Assembly (NCBI GenBank): GCA_022813965.1
Contig: JALDZS010000048.1
Location: 62,001-126,000, forward strand
Origin: Toensbergia leucococca
Taxonomy: Eukaryota
Length of the DNA stretch: 64,000 bases
Direction of reading: 5' to 3'
Position 1 is the first letter of the stretch. Every line of letters starts with the position of its first letter. The notes under the pieces are model-generated. The model saw nothing but the letters and a program-made list of their open reading frames with translations. It did not search any database and had not been told where the DNA came from. Shown piece by piece: positions 52,827 through 64,000 of the stretch. The translations under genes and the position numbers were made by a program.

Positions 52827-54400
52827 TTACGAACCCCTCGGCCCAAATTCCCGGTTAAATGCCCTCCCAATCACAATCCTCCTGACCTCGCTCGTCCCCG
52901 CTCCAATCTCATAAAGCTTCGCATCCCTCAGCAATCTGCCCGCTGGAACCTCATTCACGTACCCCATACCACCCATCAACTGCACGGCATCAAGGGCGCA
53001 CTCGGTCGCCCGCTCTGCAGCATATAGGATACTGCCGGCGCAATCGATAGTTTTGACGACACCGTCTTCGTCGATGCGGCGTGCGGTGGTGTAGGTGTAG
53101 GCGTGCGAGGCGGACATTTTGGTGTACATGTCTGCCAGCTTGGCTTGGATGAGTTGGTTGTGGGCTATTGGGGTGGAGAATTGGGTGCGGGTGTGCGTGT
53201 AAGGGAGGACAAGGTCGAGGGCAGATTGCATTATTCTAGAGGAAGGAGAGGGATTAGTTGTCATAGTGGGTGTATCGTGGATGTGCGAAGGTAGTAAGGT
53301 GGGCTTGCCCTAGGGGTCCAGCGCTCAGGACTAGGCGCTCAATGTCTAGGCCTTCCATCAGGACTTTCACGCCCCGGTTTACCTCGCCTAGGAGGTTTTC
53401 TTGGGGCACGAAGACGTTGTCGAAGACTAGTTCGCCGGTGTTTGACCCTCGCATGCCGAGCTTATCGAGTTTGCGGGCGCAGGAAAACCCCGGGGTTGAC
53501 TTGTCGACGATGAAGGCGGTGATGCCTTTCGACCCTTTGTCTGGTTCGGTTTTGGCGTATACGATTATGTAATGGGCGTCAGGGCCCTTGGGACGAGATT
53601 AGACACGAGGCGTAAAGTTTGAGAATGTAGGTGTGTATTTACATTTGTGATCCACATCTTTGTGCCATTGAGGACCCAGCCGCCGGACACGGCTTTGGCA
53701 GTAGTCTTCATGCTTACGACGTCTGAGCCGGCGGAGTGCTCGGACATGGCTAGAGCTCCGATTTTCTCACCCGAGACCAAACCTGGGAGAAACGAGTCTT
53801 TTTGGTCGGGAGAGCCATTTAGGGAAAGCTGGTTGATGCAAAGCTGGGAGTGGGCGGCGTAGGAGAGTCCGATACTGCCTGTGACTGTCAGTATTTGCAC
53901 AGATCCCCTCCTGAAGCTATTGCAGACCTGAGGCACGGCTAATTTCCTCCATCACTATACAATGGGCTTGATAACCCATTGCTAGGCCTCCATAATCTTC
54001 CTCCGCCGTTATACCCAGGAATCTTCCACGTCATCAATCTATGCTCTACACATAACGTTTTTGCATAGAGCTACCCTGCTTCCCCAAACTTCCTCCACAT
54101 ATCCATGGGGAATTCATTTTCACGGTCTGTTTTGGCCGCGACCTCTTCTGGGATCTCCCGACCTGTCTTTGACTGAGTGGGGTTCTTGTATGCTTCATCA
54201 TGAGAGACATTCTACGTACGAGTGAACTCTTGGACTCGCTCTCTTAATTCAGTCAGATCATCGTGGGCGGGAGGGACAAAGCCCTTAGGATGCTTTGTCG
54301 ATGCAGAACGCTTGATGGCGAGTTCAAGAATTCTAGGTCGAGATCTGCCAATTTGGCGGATTGCGTTGGTGAGAGCTCGAGGGACGAGTGCAGACGACAT
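52827..54400 (-). CDS. ivdA: Isovaleryl-CoA dehydrogenase
   Basis: [89 protein letters not shown]. 5 introns, the last GC-AG. Confidence 0.96.
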
Positions 54401-54874
54401 TGCTGTGAATACCGCTGAGAGTCGGAAGGTGAACAACGGTAATATATATTCGTAGAATGCTATTCCTCGATTCTTGCCAGTAATTGGTTGTGCCCATACT
54501 CCGTGGTACCGTATCAGCCGTCAATTTTCTCTACTAGCCTCGGATCCTAGAAATTAGGGCTACCCAAATATTGTTAGGCGAGCTTGTTATTTACCAACTT
54601 GCCCCTGGGACCTCCGTTGTTGAATTCTATTACATTTTGCATCACATATGAACCAGACCCTGATAACATAAAACCTTGTACGTTGTTGATGAATTGAACA
54701 AGTGCAGTAGCTAGATTTCCCACGAAATTAGTTACTCAAAGGCACATGTCGTTCTGTCACGGCGGCTTTGCATGTAGAATACATTTAAGCACGAGGGCAA
54801 GAATTGAGAATGGCAATAAGATAACTAAGATTTCTATCCTACAACCCGCTGTAAGTGACAAGCTCCCGTTCTAT

Positions 54875-57240
54875 TCACCTCTCACCCGCTGTTTTCAGTA
54901 TCGCATCTACAATCTTGGTGACTGCCCAGATCTTCTCCTCCTCGTGCTTACGCGCCACAATCTGTAGCCCGACAGGAGCTCCGTCATAGACATCAGGGTC
55001 ATCTTCCTAGTTGTTAGTCTAGGAATCTTACAGAACACTGCTGTATATTCAACGATGGACGTACAGGCTTCCCAATTCTTACGGTCTGTGTCATTGAGGG
55101 GCTTATAGTCGTGGTCAAAAATATCAACATCTTTATTGGCTTTGGTCACAGGAATGACGCAGGCGCTATAATTCAAAAGATTGATGCATTCAGTGTATGC
55201 TACATAAACTATAAGTTAGAACATCTTGTAATCATTGCGTGTATAGTGTCACAAGGGTCGCTGCACCATACATACCAGTATGATAGTACTTCCCAGGTAT
55301 GACCGCTGCATGGGGCGCTACAGGCATTATGACTGCATCAACAGCTTGTCCTATCAAGACTGCACGTTAGCATTCAGCTGTATTCTTGTGGGGCTTGCTG
55401 TTGTGAAGTACCATCTTCGTCCGCTGTAGAGTTCCAGTAGTCCAAGTAAGACGCTTCATAGTCTCGTCCTTGAAGCGTGAGATCTTGATACTCGAGCAAA
55501 GGAACAGGATCGCTGAGCTGGAAACTAGCCCTTAGATCTGGGATTAGGGGTTCACCGGAAAGATCTAGTTGCTGATGTATGTGGTGTGCACCATCAGCTT
55601 TCAAAAATGCAAGCTAGAGAACGATGACTTAGGTAAGCATAAGCATAGGTGTAAAGCTATGCAAGCAATATCCTACGTGAACTCCTTTCGCGATACTTTG
55701 CGGAGGCGGATTCCAATTGACCATCTTGTGTCCTGCCTCCCGTACTGCCTCATGGACCATCCGTAAGCCCCTAGCAATCGGAGGTTGCGGCTCGACCACA
55801 TTGTCTGTCCAATATATTCCAAATTTCAAAGGAAGCTTGCCCATTGCTGCGCCGTCGAGCGAAGCTCTAGCTAGTGTCGAGTCGACAATCTCCTGGCGCC
55901 ATGGAATACAGGTCACTTGAGGATCTCGTAGCCACGGTTTTGTAGACAGAATAGATGTCATGATGAGCTTAAGAGCATCAACGGATGTTCCAAGAAAGCC
56001 GACTGTTGAAGGATAGGTATTTTGGCCAGGATTCTGCCCCAGTAAGAGAGCAAGTCAGACCTGCAATTACCCATCTCAGCAAATACTGCGCGCTTTTCGA
56101 CTAACAGTATTTGCAACATCTCGATACGAGAATCTATCGGGGGTGGGCTTCACGGAGTAAATCCCGCAGAAGGCCGCCGGTATACGCACAGATCCGCCTG
56201 ATCGAATGTTGTTAACACATCAAATTTTTGAGGGTGGATAACAACAACACTTACCAATATCAGTACCTACTCCTAGGGTACTACCTCTTAGAGCTTGTAA
56301 TGCACCTTCGCCTGCGGGAGGAGTTTGTTCAAGTAATTCTCCCAACAAGAAGTGAACTGGACTTACCTCCTGAAGACCCTCCGCAGGACAGTAACTGGTT
56401 CACTGGATTTAATGTACGTCCAATGATATTGTTCACCGTTTCTCCAAACTATGATAAGCACTAAGGTTACTCAAGAACGAGATCCAGCTCTAGAGCGGCT
56501 CGAATTCGAATATTCTCTTACCAGAAGTGTTTGTGGGAGGCTAGTCTTCGTGGCCGTCGGTCATTCAACAGAGGATGACGATATCGTAGAGCTCTTACCT
56601 TGCAATAGATAATAGCTCCTAAAGAGAGAAGTTCTCTGACGATCTGGCTCTCGACGTGATGCACTTTTTGAGGATTCTCACTTCCCTCATATGTGTCTAT
56701 CCATCCGACGTATCCCATTGTGGTGTCAGTCCCCTCCACATGAAACTGGTCTTTCAAACTAATGGGCAAGCCATGGAGTGGGCCAACGGTAGTGCCATGC
56801 TTTGCGTAGTAGTCATCCAGCTCCTGCGCCCGCTGCAAAGCCTGATCGAAAACTACTTCATGCAGGCAGTTGTTCTAGAGAGGCAGAAGACGGTTAGAAG
56901 ACAGCTACATGAGCTTCTGTGAGATGCTATAAATGCAATAATGCTCTTTTCTTACAATCTGGTGAGCTATTGCCGCAGTCTTGCAAAAAGCTTGTGTAAC
57001 TTGGACCGCAGTATGTTTACCGTCTTTAAGACTCGCAACTAATGGTAGACTATCTTTTAGGATGATCTCAAGTTCCTCATCTTGCAGGAAACTTTCAATG
57101 AATGCACCACTGAGTTGCTTCCGTTGCGCAGCTCTCTTTAGATCCGAGTCATTCAGCAGCCAATGCTGAGGAATTTTCGATTTCGTGGCGGCTACCTTTT
57201 CCTCAGCCTTGGCCTGCCATGACTTCCCCCGATTCTGCAT
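54875..57240 (-). CDS. Amidase-signature family enzyme (acetamidase/AmdS-like)
   Basis: GPLHGLPISLKDQF (catalytic Lys), K|TSLPQTLL|FGET.NNIIGRTLNP..CGGSSG|GEG, GTDI|GGSVRIPAAFCG, GAPVGLQIV. About 10 introns including a 24-nt exon at 56522-56545. Confidence 0.93.
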
Positions 57241-57735
57241 GGTCAAAGAACAAGCGTGTCACTAGGGTTATTCTATCATCAATATGCAGAGTACCCCTGT
57301 TACGAATAATGGAGAACACTTCCAAGGTCGAGCGGCGGCGAGCGCGTCTACCCGTGGACGGACATAAATCCGTACCCTTAGAATACCTTAGTGCCCACAC
57401 TCCCCCACGTGCCCGCCAGAAGCCAAGTACCAAAGGAAGGATTGAGATAGGGACCTGCATTCAGATTACCAATCTCTGCATGACTGTCATGGAACATCTA
57501 CAATGACTACATAAGTTCTTGTCATTCTGTAACCCAAGAGCTGGAGTTGATGAGATGTGTAATGCACGAATCCTTCTAATCCTTCTACATGACTCAATGA
57601 GCGCAAGTGAGAGTGAGATTCAAAATACGAAATTATTTAATGCACCAAAAGCACTTCCTTTCTCACTGTATCACAGTCAAGAAATTATCCATTTTACCAG
57701 TTCCCTCGCACAATTTTCAAGCTCTCATATCAAGA

Positions 57736-58492
57736 ATGTCTTCTAATCCAGTTGACTCGCTTCCGCTTAAAGTTCTTTTTCTCCTCTTTCCAGGCTTCAA
57801 TACTTTGGATTTCAATGGGCCCCTTGAAGCACTATTCCACGCAGCAAAACGTACCGCGTTCAAGTGCACTATTGCTGCAGCTACAGAATTAACCACTGCG
57901 TCGGAGAATTGTACCATCCAGGTAAGATCAGTACCTTTGTAATGTAACAGATCAGCCATACTTACGTCCACAGCGTCACATCTCATTGGAAGAAGCTCTA
58001 ACAAATCTCTCCGAGTATGACGTTTTAGTTGTTCCAGGCGGGCCGGCTACCGCGGTACACGCTCAAGCCGATGCCAACACCGCATTTTCGGAAATCATTG
58101 TGAAATTTTCGAGGCTGAGCAGCAGCCCAGGCCGAAAAGAAAAGGTCCTAATGTCCATTTGCTCCGGGTCTCTGTTTCTTGGGGAGACGGGCGTACTGAG
58201 AGGCCATATGGCTACGACGCATTGGGCTGTGATAGACGACCTGCGCTACACCTGCACTACTGCTGCGCTAAAGATGGGAGGAAAGTCAACGGAGGTTGTG
58301 AGGGCTCGGTGGGTGGATGCTGGGTGTAATGAACAGGGGATTAGAATCATCACAGCTGGCGGTGTGAGCTGTGGATTGGATGCTAGCTTCCATTTGATCA
58401 ATTTAAAGGCTGGTAAGACTGTTGCAGAGGACGCCGCCAAGAATATGGACTACCGTTGGCGCGCAGAGGAGGGCATTGTCGTTGAGCTATAG
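57736..58492 (+). CDS. DJ-1/PfpI (ThiJ) family protein, isocyanide-hydratase-like subgroup
   Basis: KVLFLLFPGFNTLDFNGPLE, YDVLVVPGG, SICSGS (nucleophile-elbow Cys), ATTHWA, ITAGGVSCGLDA. Intron 57922-57973. Confidence 0.88.
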
Positions 58493-58887
58493 GAGAGTCG
58501 GCTGGTAGAGTAATTGTCAAGACTCCCCAATTCTAGTTTTCTGTCGTCTCGAACTTGTGGCTAACGTAGGCATGGGGTGGAAATTTGTCGAGTGATTGGA
58601 GTTTAGTCGTGAGTCTATATAATTCGATTTTTGAATGCAACCACCCAACTCTCCCGGCACGGGCATCTCCTTTGTACAACTTGACGGGGGGAAAGTCGAC
58701 CGAAGTCGTCGGATGATAGAATATTTTAGTTAAGTCACCCAATGCAAACGGATAGTTGAAAAGTTCAGGTCATATCATTGTTATTAAAGAAAGGCAATGT
58801 GGACTATATGAATAAGCAGGCTCTTTCAGGAACACATTGACGACAACAGAGCTGTAAAATTCAAAGCGCATATAAATGTGCGTGACC

Positions 58888-59744
58888 TCACTCCAATAGC
58901 ATTAGAGGTCGGGGCTGCATGAAAGTGGTACACGGGCTGAAACGCCAAACACCCGCATAAGACCTGGCATACCAATAATGAACAAGATATGGCACAAAGA
59001 ATGGAACAGGAGGGAAAGTCTTGTGTATCCCACCCTCGTAGGTTCGATCAATTGCCCCCAACGCAAGGGGAAAGAGTCTTGCCTATAGAGTCATGTTAGA
59101 CGAGTATTCCTGACATAGTATGATAGGACCATATAGTCACCACATCGCCTTTCTTGAAGGACGATTCAGCAATAGCCCATTGTTTCCTGAGTTCTTTGCT
59201 ATCGCATTTCTCCAGCGCCAAGAGTGTTTCGATTTCCGCAGCGAGGTGTTCCCGGAAAAGTGCCGAGAAATCATCCATAATACCTCGAAAGACACCCGCA
59301 TCGTATTGCTCCGGCTTTGTATTCTGAACGTAATCATTGAAACGATGGAAGCCAGGGTTAAAAGCATGATGCTGCTCCACATTCCGGCCCATGAGGCCTT
59401 CGATCCCCATCAATCGCTCAATCATAGGGAACAAGATCGTCTCCTCTACATGGTGGTGGTGTTCGACCCATTCATACCACATCTGACCGTATAGTAGCAG
59501 ATCGCGGATATCTTCTGACTTGTGGACGAAGGGTGCTTGTAGGTAAATGCTATTAAGAGCTCGAAGCATGGCATTGTGAGCGTGAGCCATTTCACTGGCA
59601 CAGTAGACGCAGGAATGGGATGTCTACGTATCATATCAGCATTTGAATGACCAAAAGTATGAACACGAGTACTTTAACGTCTCGAGTCTTCGAAGGAGTC
59701 TCAATTAGGGTGAAGGGAGTATTCGCCCATTGCTTTGCTGCCAT
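58888..59744 (-). CDS. Hemerythrin-like (HHE cation-binding) protein
   Basis: MAAKQWANTPFTLIETP..|..EMAHAHNAMLRALNSIYLQAP..EHHHHVEE..FP..NVEQHHAF..EHLAAEIETL..|..DRTYEGG..FPPVP..WRFSPC. 2 introns. Confidence 0.88.
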
Positions 59745-60518
59745 GACTAGGGGCTCTCCGACGTGAGGGCTGGCTTAGTATTCGAGTCTTTGTTCTTGTG
59801 TAGTCAACATTAAGATGAAAAGGCGAATGCTTCTTGGTAGTAGAGCAGGGCATTTGTGCCGTCTTATGCATTCGCTCGTCCCCTAAAATAGGATATCGAT
59901 ATCTATTTATTGGGGCTTATCTGTTGGTTAGCCATGCTCTAGCCAATGATATTTCCTACTCGAGTGAGTCGAGGGGCTGCGGAAGGACAGCAAGGTTGCA
60001 AGTTCAGTCAGGGCTTGAAGGATTCAGCCGAGTTCAGCCCCGAGTGCCCCCTTGGCCTTATTGCAGGGATACTTGAAATAAGCCCCCACATATTCTAGCG
60101 GGAAGTCTTCGTTCACGAAAGCCTTGATAGTTGGAGCACAAGACTTTCATACGGATGTCTTGCTAGTCCATGACTGTGGTATCCAGCCTATGATTAGATG
60201 ACTCAATCGATGGTTTGGAGTGGAATATGTAAGAGCAAAGTCTTCTACACGAGGACTGTGGTAGATACGGATACCGATTCACCTATTCTAATCGCGTGGA
60301 GACAGCCGCGCTCGTGTTTCCAGTCTCGTGCAGACGCGCTTTACGCGACCACCCACCAGACGCAAAACCTCAAGTGAACAGCATCATTCGTTGGACCAAC
60401 ACAATGTTCGCCGTTCGTCTTCTCTATTGATAGGCTCAGGTATCACATACTTCAGACCGTCCCATTCTTCTCTGACAATCATAAGCTTGTGTCAATCGAT
60501 GCAGTGGGCTCATACAAC

Positions 60519-61985
60519 ATGAAGTTCGGAAGCTCCTCTCTTCCCACGGAGATATTGTTCATTATTTGTCTACATCTGCCAAAGAAAGACGCTCTCAATG
60601 CCCGCAAGGTTTGTAGAGACTTCAGCTCTGTCATAACTCCTTTCATTTTCAAGCGACTCTACATTTCGGTCGAAAAACGAGACATAACAGCACTGATAGC
60701 AGTTTCACAACACCCCATTCTTAGCAAATATGTCGAGGAGATAGTCTACGACTCAGCAATACGGTCCAGTGCATTGGACAAGAATAATTACTGTTCAATG
60801 TTGGGCACTAAAAACAATGTGGATCAGAAATTGGATGAGTGGCGCCTTGAGATCTCCTCAAAGGTTAAATTTACCAAAGCTGCTGTGGCTCGAGGTTATC
60901 GTCTCTACTCTGGACGTTATTGGGCATACTATCTACTACAAGACTACAGTGGCCCTAATATGACATATTGCTACTCAAAATATCCCCCTTTAGATGACTT
61001 CTCTTCACTCCTCATGGATCCTGCACATCACTCAGATGTGTGGAAATATCTTCCGCGAGACTTAGCTTGCCTTGTCTTTGCTCTTCCACATCTACCCAGA
61101 ATCAAGCGTTTCACAATCTCTGACACTCGATACATTTATGCCGAGAAGCACTATTCACACATAGCGTCATTGAGTGAGAGAGCACCAAAGAGAATGACCT
61201 TCGCGATATACAAAGAGGGGTTTCGAGGCCTCGACAAGGTTGTTGTGGACCCATGCACGTGGCCTACATATATTTCACTTTCGGAGAGTAAGTGGGGTCG
61301 CTCGACGTATCGTGGGTTCTTTGTCTTAGTCCAAGCTGCTTCCATGACGAATCTGAGAAGCCTTCATAACTTTGGATATGATATTTTCGACGACCGCGCT
61401 GGACTTCCTCTCTCTTTGTTTCAGCTGACTCCGACGCAGCTCACACATACTCTCAACGCTTTCAGCACTCTGAGAAGAGTTGATTTACGCATCAACACCA
61501 GTCCATACGTATGCGGCTACTCGATTGATTTAAGAAAGGGTCATATCGCCAAGATCTTAGCAGCATCTTGGCATTTAGAGCATCTAAGCTTGCAATTTTG
61601 CGATCTTGCTTCCATAGCCTCACTCGACAACTTACTTGGTACACAGTCCTGGCACCAGCTTAGTTCCGTCTTTCTAGGTAATATGGTGCTACATGAGAGG
61701 GAATTTCTGAACTTCTTCGATAGGCATCGTAGTATGCTTCGATCGTTGCATTTGCATCAAGTGTGTTGTTTCCCGCTTGAGCAGGGACCCATTCGCCCGC
61801 TGAGCAACGCCTTCAAAGAGATGGCTCGCGGCGATTTAGCGCTGACAGAGTTGACTTATGATGCTTTGCAGGATGAGGTGGTTGGTACCTGGCATGCCGA
61901 CAATGCGGCCAAAGTGCTGGATTTCCTTCTCACAGACGGGACCGCTTACAATGCGTTTGGGAAATCAACCTACAACTTGTCTTGA
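60519..61985 (+). CDS. F-box domain protein with LRR-like C-terminus
   Basis: SSLPTEILFIICLHLPKKDALNARKVCRDF (F-box), followed by HPILSKYVEEIVYD and LRRVDL/LEHLSL repeats. Intronless. Confidence 0.85.
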   Translation: MKFGSSSLPTEILFIICLHLPKKDALNARKVCRDFSSVITPFIFKRLYISVEKRDITALIAVSQHPILSKYVEEIVYDSAIRSSALDKNNYCSMLGTKNNVDQKLDEWRLEISSKVKFTKAAVARGYRLYSGRYWAYYLLQDYSGPNMTYCYSKYPPLDDFSSLLMDPAHHSDVWKYLPRDLACLVFALPHLPRIKRFTISDTRYIYAEKHYSHIASLSERAPKRMTFAIYKEGFRGLDKVVVDPCTWPTYISLSESKWGRSTYRGFFVLVQAASMTNLRSLHNFGYDIFDDRAGLPLSLFQLTPTQLTHTLNAFSTLRRVDLRINTSPYVCGYSIDLRKGHIAKILAASWHLEHLSLQFCDLASIASLDNLLGTQSWHQLSSVFLGNMVLHEREFLNFFDRHRSMLRSLHLHQVCCFPLEQGPIRPLSNAFKEMARGDLALTELTYDALQDEVVGTWHADNAAKVLDFLLTDGTAYNAFGKSTYNLS

Positions 61986-63489
61986 GCAACAAGCCGCTGG
62001 ATCCATCTAACCGGTTCTTCCAAGTTGCGATGTATCCCAATCCGGCCCAACAGCCTCTTTTTTTTCCCATAGCAAGTCAGACAACAGTTTGAAATCAGCT
62101 GTCCAAAAAATCTCAATCCACATGAACATGTGACTGTCAATGCCTCACATCAAGCAGTCGCCATCACCTCTTAGAAAAAGCAAATCACCCTCCCCAATCT
62201 CACATATGAGCTCTTCCTCAATAAGACCGGCCGCAGCTCCACGCCAACTCTCCCTCCCTTGACCCCAGAGCCGCTAACGATTCCTTCCCAAGACACCCTT
62301 CCTTCCCTCAACTAGCCTATTCTGCCTTCTCATCCTCCACACCAGCCCCACCTTCTCTCTCAGACGTGTGTGAACATTGGCGCCTCGGAGCGCTGCGTCA
62401 CCTCCACGATGAGCACGAGGGACCCGTCTCAGCAATCAAGGAGTGGCAGACGTCTCGAGTGTGAGAGTCTTGCGACAACTAAATTAAGCTTTTCAAGTAT
62501 TGCATGAGCAGTGTTTTGGCGGCCGAGACTATTCTAAATTGAGGTTCTAAACATGGCCCCCGAGGTATTTACGCCTACTTGCTCATTTTCGACACTCGGG
62601 CACACATTTTTGTCATGAACCGAGCGGATGCGACTTGAAAATAATAGATACCTCTAGCACGGGTATGTGTAATGAGTTGCCCCTTTATTCAAAGTAACAT
62701 CGTAGCTAGCAAGAAATGTCCTACTTCTATTACTCTTGAATTCTCCCCAGAAATAATACTGCCTCTTTTGCCGGCTTTGGTTTATGGTGGGTATGCTACT
62801 TGCTTTGGCAGAGACAACATAAATGCTGGTAGTTTGTGTTGGTGGGTAAGGGGGATTATGGAGTGGAATTTCCGTTTGGTGTGGATTCGGGGGGTGCATG
62901 CGGCCGTGGTGGAACGGTGTGGGCAAATTCATTTTTATGGAATTGTAAATATCCCCCTGACGCCTCGTTGTTAGATAAGAAAGTCTTGTCGTTCTCTCCC
63001 TCCGATCCCGTCTACGTCTGTTCACTCTCAAACGGTGAACCATCCCCCACAAATCACACACCCCCCCTTTCATCCATGACATGAAAATCTCATGGCAGAT
63101 AGAACACTTTCATCAAAAGCACACCTACGACAAACAAAAGTCAAACCCCTTAAAAAATAGACCTCATATATATCAGTGATTGGAAAAAGTAATCGCTCAG
63201 TATGTGATGATAAGACTCAGGGGGCCGACTTCTACACCAATGACCCTGACCAGCAACCAGACAAAGTGCTATGAACGAAAAGCCAACTGTAACCCACAGG
63301 AGCTCCCTTCCCCGCGGGAAAAAAACACAGCACAAAAGCCCCGACAGAAAAAATGATCAGCAAAAAGCCCGCCCCGCCTATCCTTTGAAGATAGCACAAA
63401 TGTATCACAGGCTCACAGTACAAATAAAAATCCACAATTGTCCTTTTAAAATAGGTTCTCGCCTTCTCCATATGAGTTTAAACAAGCGA

Positions 63490-64000
63490 TCAACCATACC
63501 ACCCCGTTGAGCTAACCTGAGCACCCTCGTCCGAAAGCCGATGAGGAATGATACTTTCCTCAATACCAAATGACTCGATAAGATCTTCCCAGGTTTGGAA
63601 ATCAATATGGAAGACCGCTTGATTTTTCTGGACTTTCTCGTCCTGGATTTCCTTGGGAGTGCGTGCGATGGTGGCGTCTGCAGGGATTGAAAACGTTTGT
63701 CAGCCAAGAAAAGAATTTCAATGAGAGAATAAGGAGTTAGTCTTACGGAGTGTTGGTAGCATGTTTGCATCGCTGCCAACCCCGGCCGAGCCGTCTCGGA
63801 CGAGAAAGCTCACGTAGAAGAGATTTTCGACGGTCTGTCCAAAGCATTTCGGATTGATAACGAAGTTGAAGAAAGGGATACCAGAGTCGTCAGCTAAACC
63901 ATACTTTGCCATGGTCGCTAGTCTGTAGTCTTCTGACGAAGACTCCTCAGGTGCTTCGAGGTCTGACATCTTGAGTCCGTAATTCTGCTTCTCGGCGAGA
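63490..64000 (-). CDS. NSE4: Smc5/6 kleisin subunit Nse4, C-terminal part; runs off the window end
   Basis: FNFVINPKCFGQTVENLFYVSFLVRDG..|..NQAVFHIDFQTWEDLIESFGIEESIIPHR..GWYG*. Intron 63746-63678. Confidence 0.9.

Noticed and set aside
60260..60285. ACGGATACCGATTCA resembling RNase P CR-V
   Set aside because: No matching CR-I (GGAAATTCGGTG) upstream.
62950..63225. RNase P/MRP-like pairing GAAAGTCTT..AAGACTCA with CCCCCTGA/TCAGGGGG
   Set aside because: No room for P2/P3, and the interior is A/C-rich and unstructured.
62000..63490. Telomerase RNA as the identity of the structured region
   Set aside because: No TAACCCTAA-type template on either strand in the interval.

Overview
Intron-rich, gene-dense genomic DNA from a filamentous ascomycete (Pezizomycotina; class cannot be determined from the sequence alone). 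About 26 protein-coding genes can be reconstructed by hand. In order: CYP505-like P450 (partial), Whi3-like RRM protein, GST with a PTS1 signal, a 74-aa orphan, LYS1, DNA Pol eta, RfeG-like protein, an R/E-rich protein, RIB5, CaiB-type CoA-transferase, PHD-finger protein, BRF1, a HeLo-like-domain protein, HIR3, ChAPs/BUD7, a hyper-acidic small protein, a small single-TM protein, a MARVEL-like protein, mccA, a hypothetical, ivdA, an amidase, a DJ-1/PfpI protein, a hemerythrin-like protein, an F-box protein and NSE4 (partial). I found no intact transposon, rRNA, tRNA or CRISPR array. Best leads: (1) an amidase + isocyanide-hydratase-like DJ-1 + hemerythrin trio sitting where mccB would be expected in the leucine-catabolism cluster; (2) a ~600-nt structured non-coding segment near 62.4-63.0 kb; (3) a Pol III A/B-box-like element in the BRF1 promoter; (4) a HeLo-like N-terminus fused to a small domain resembling that of the R/E-rich protein; (5) shared CCTCGG motifs, structured long introns and two GC-AG introns. 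Exon boundaries and RNA pairings were worked out by eye; no database search or folding program was run.
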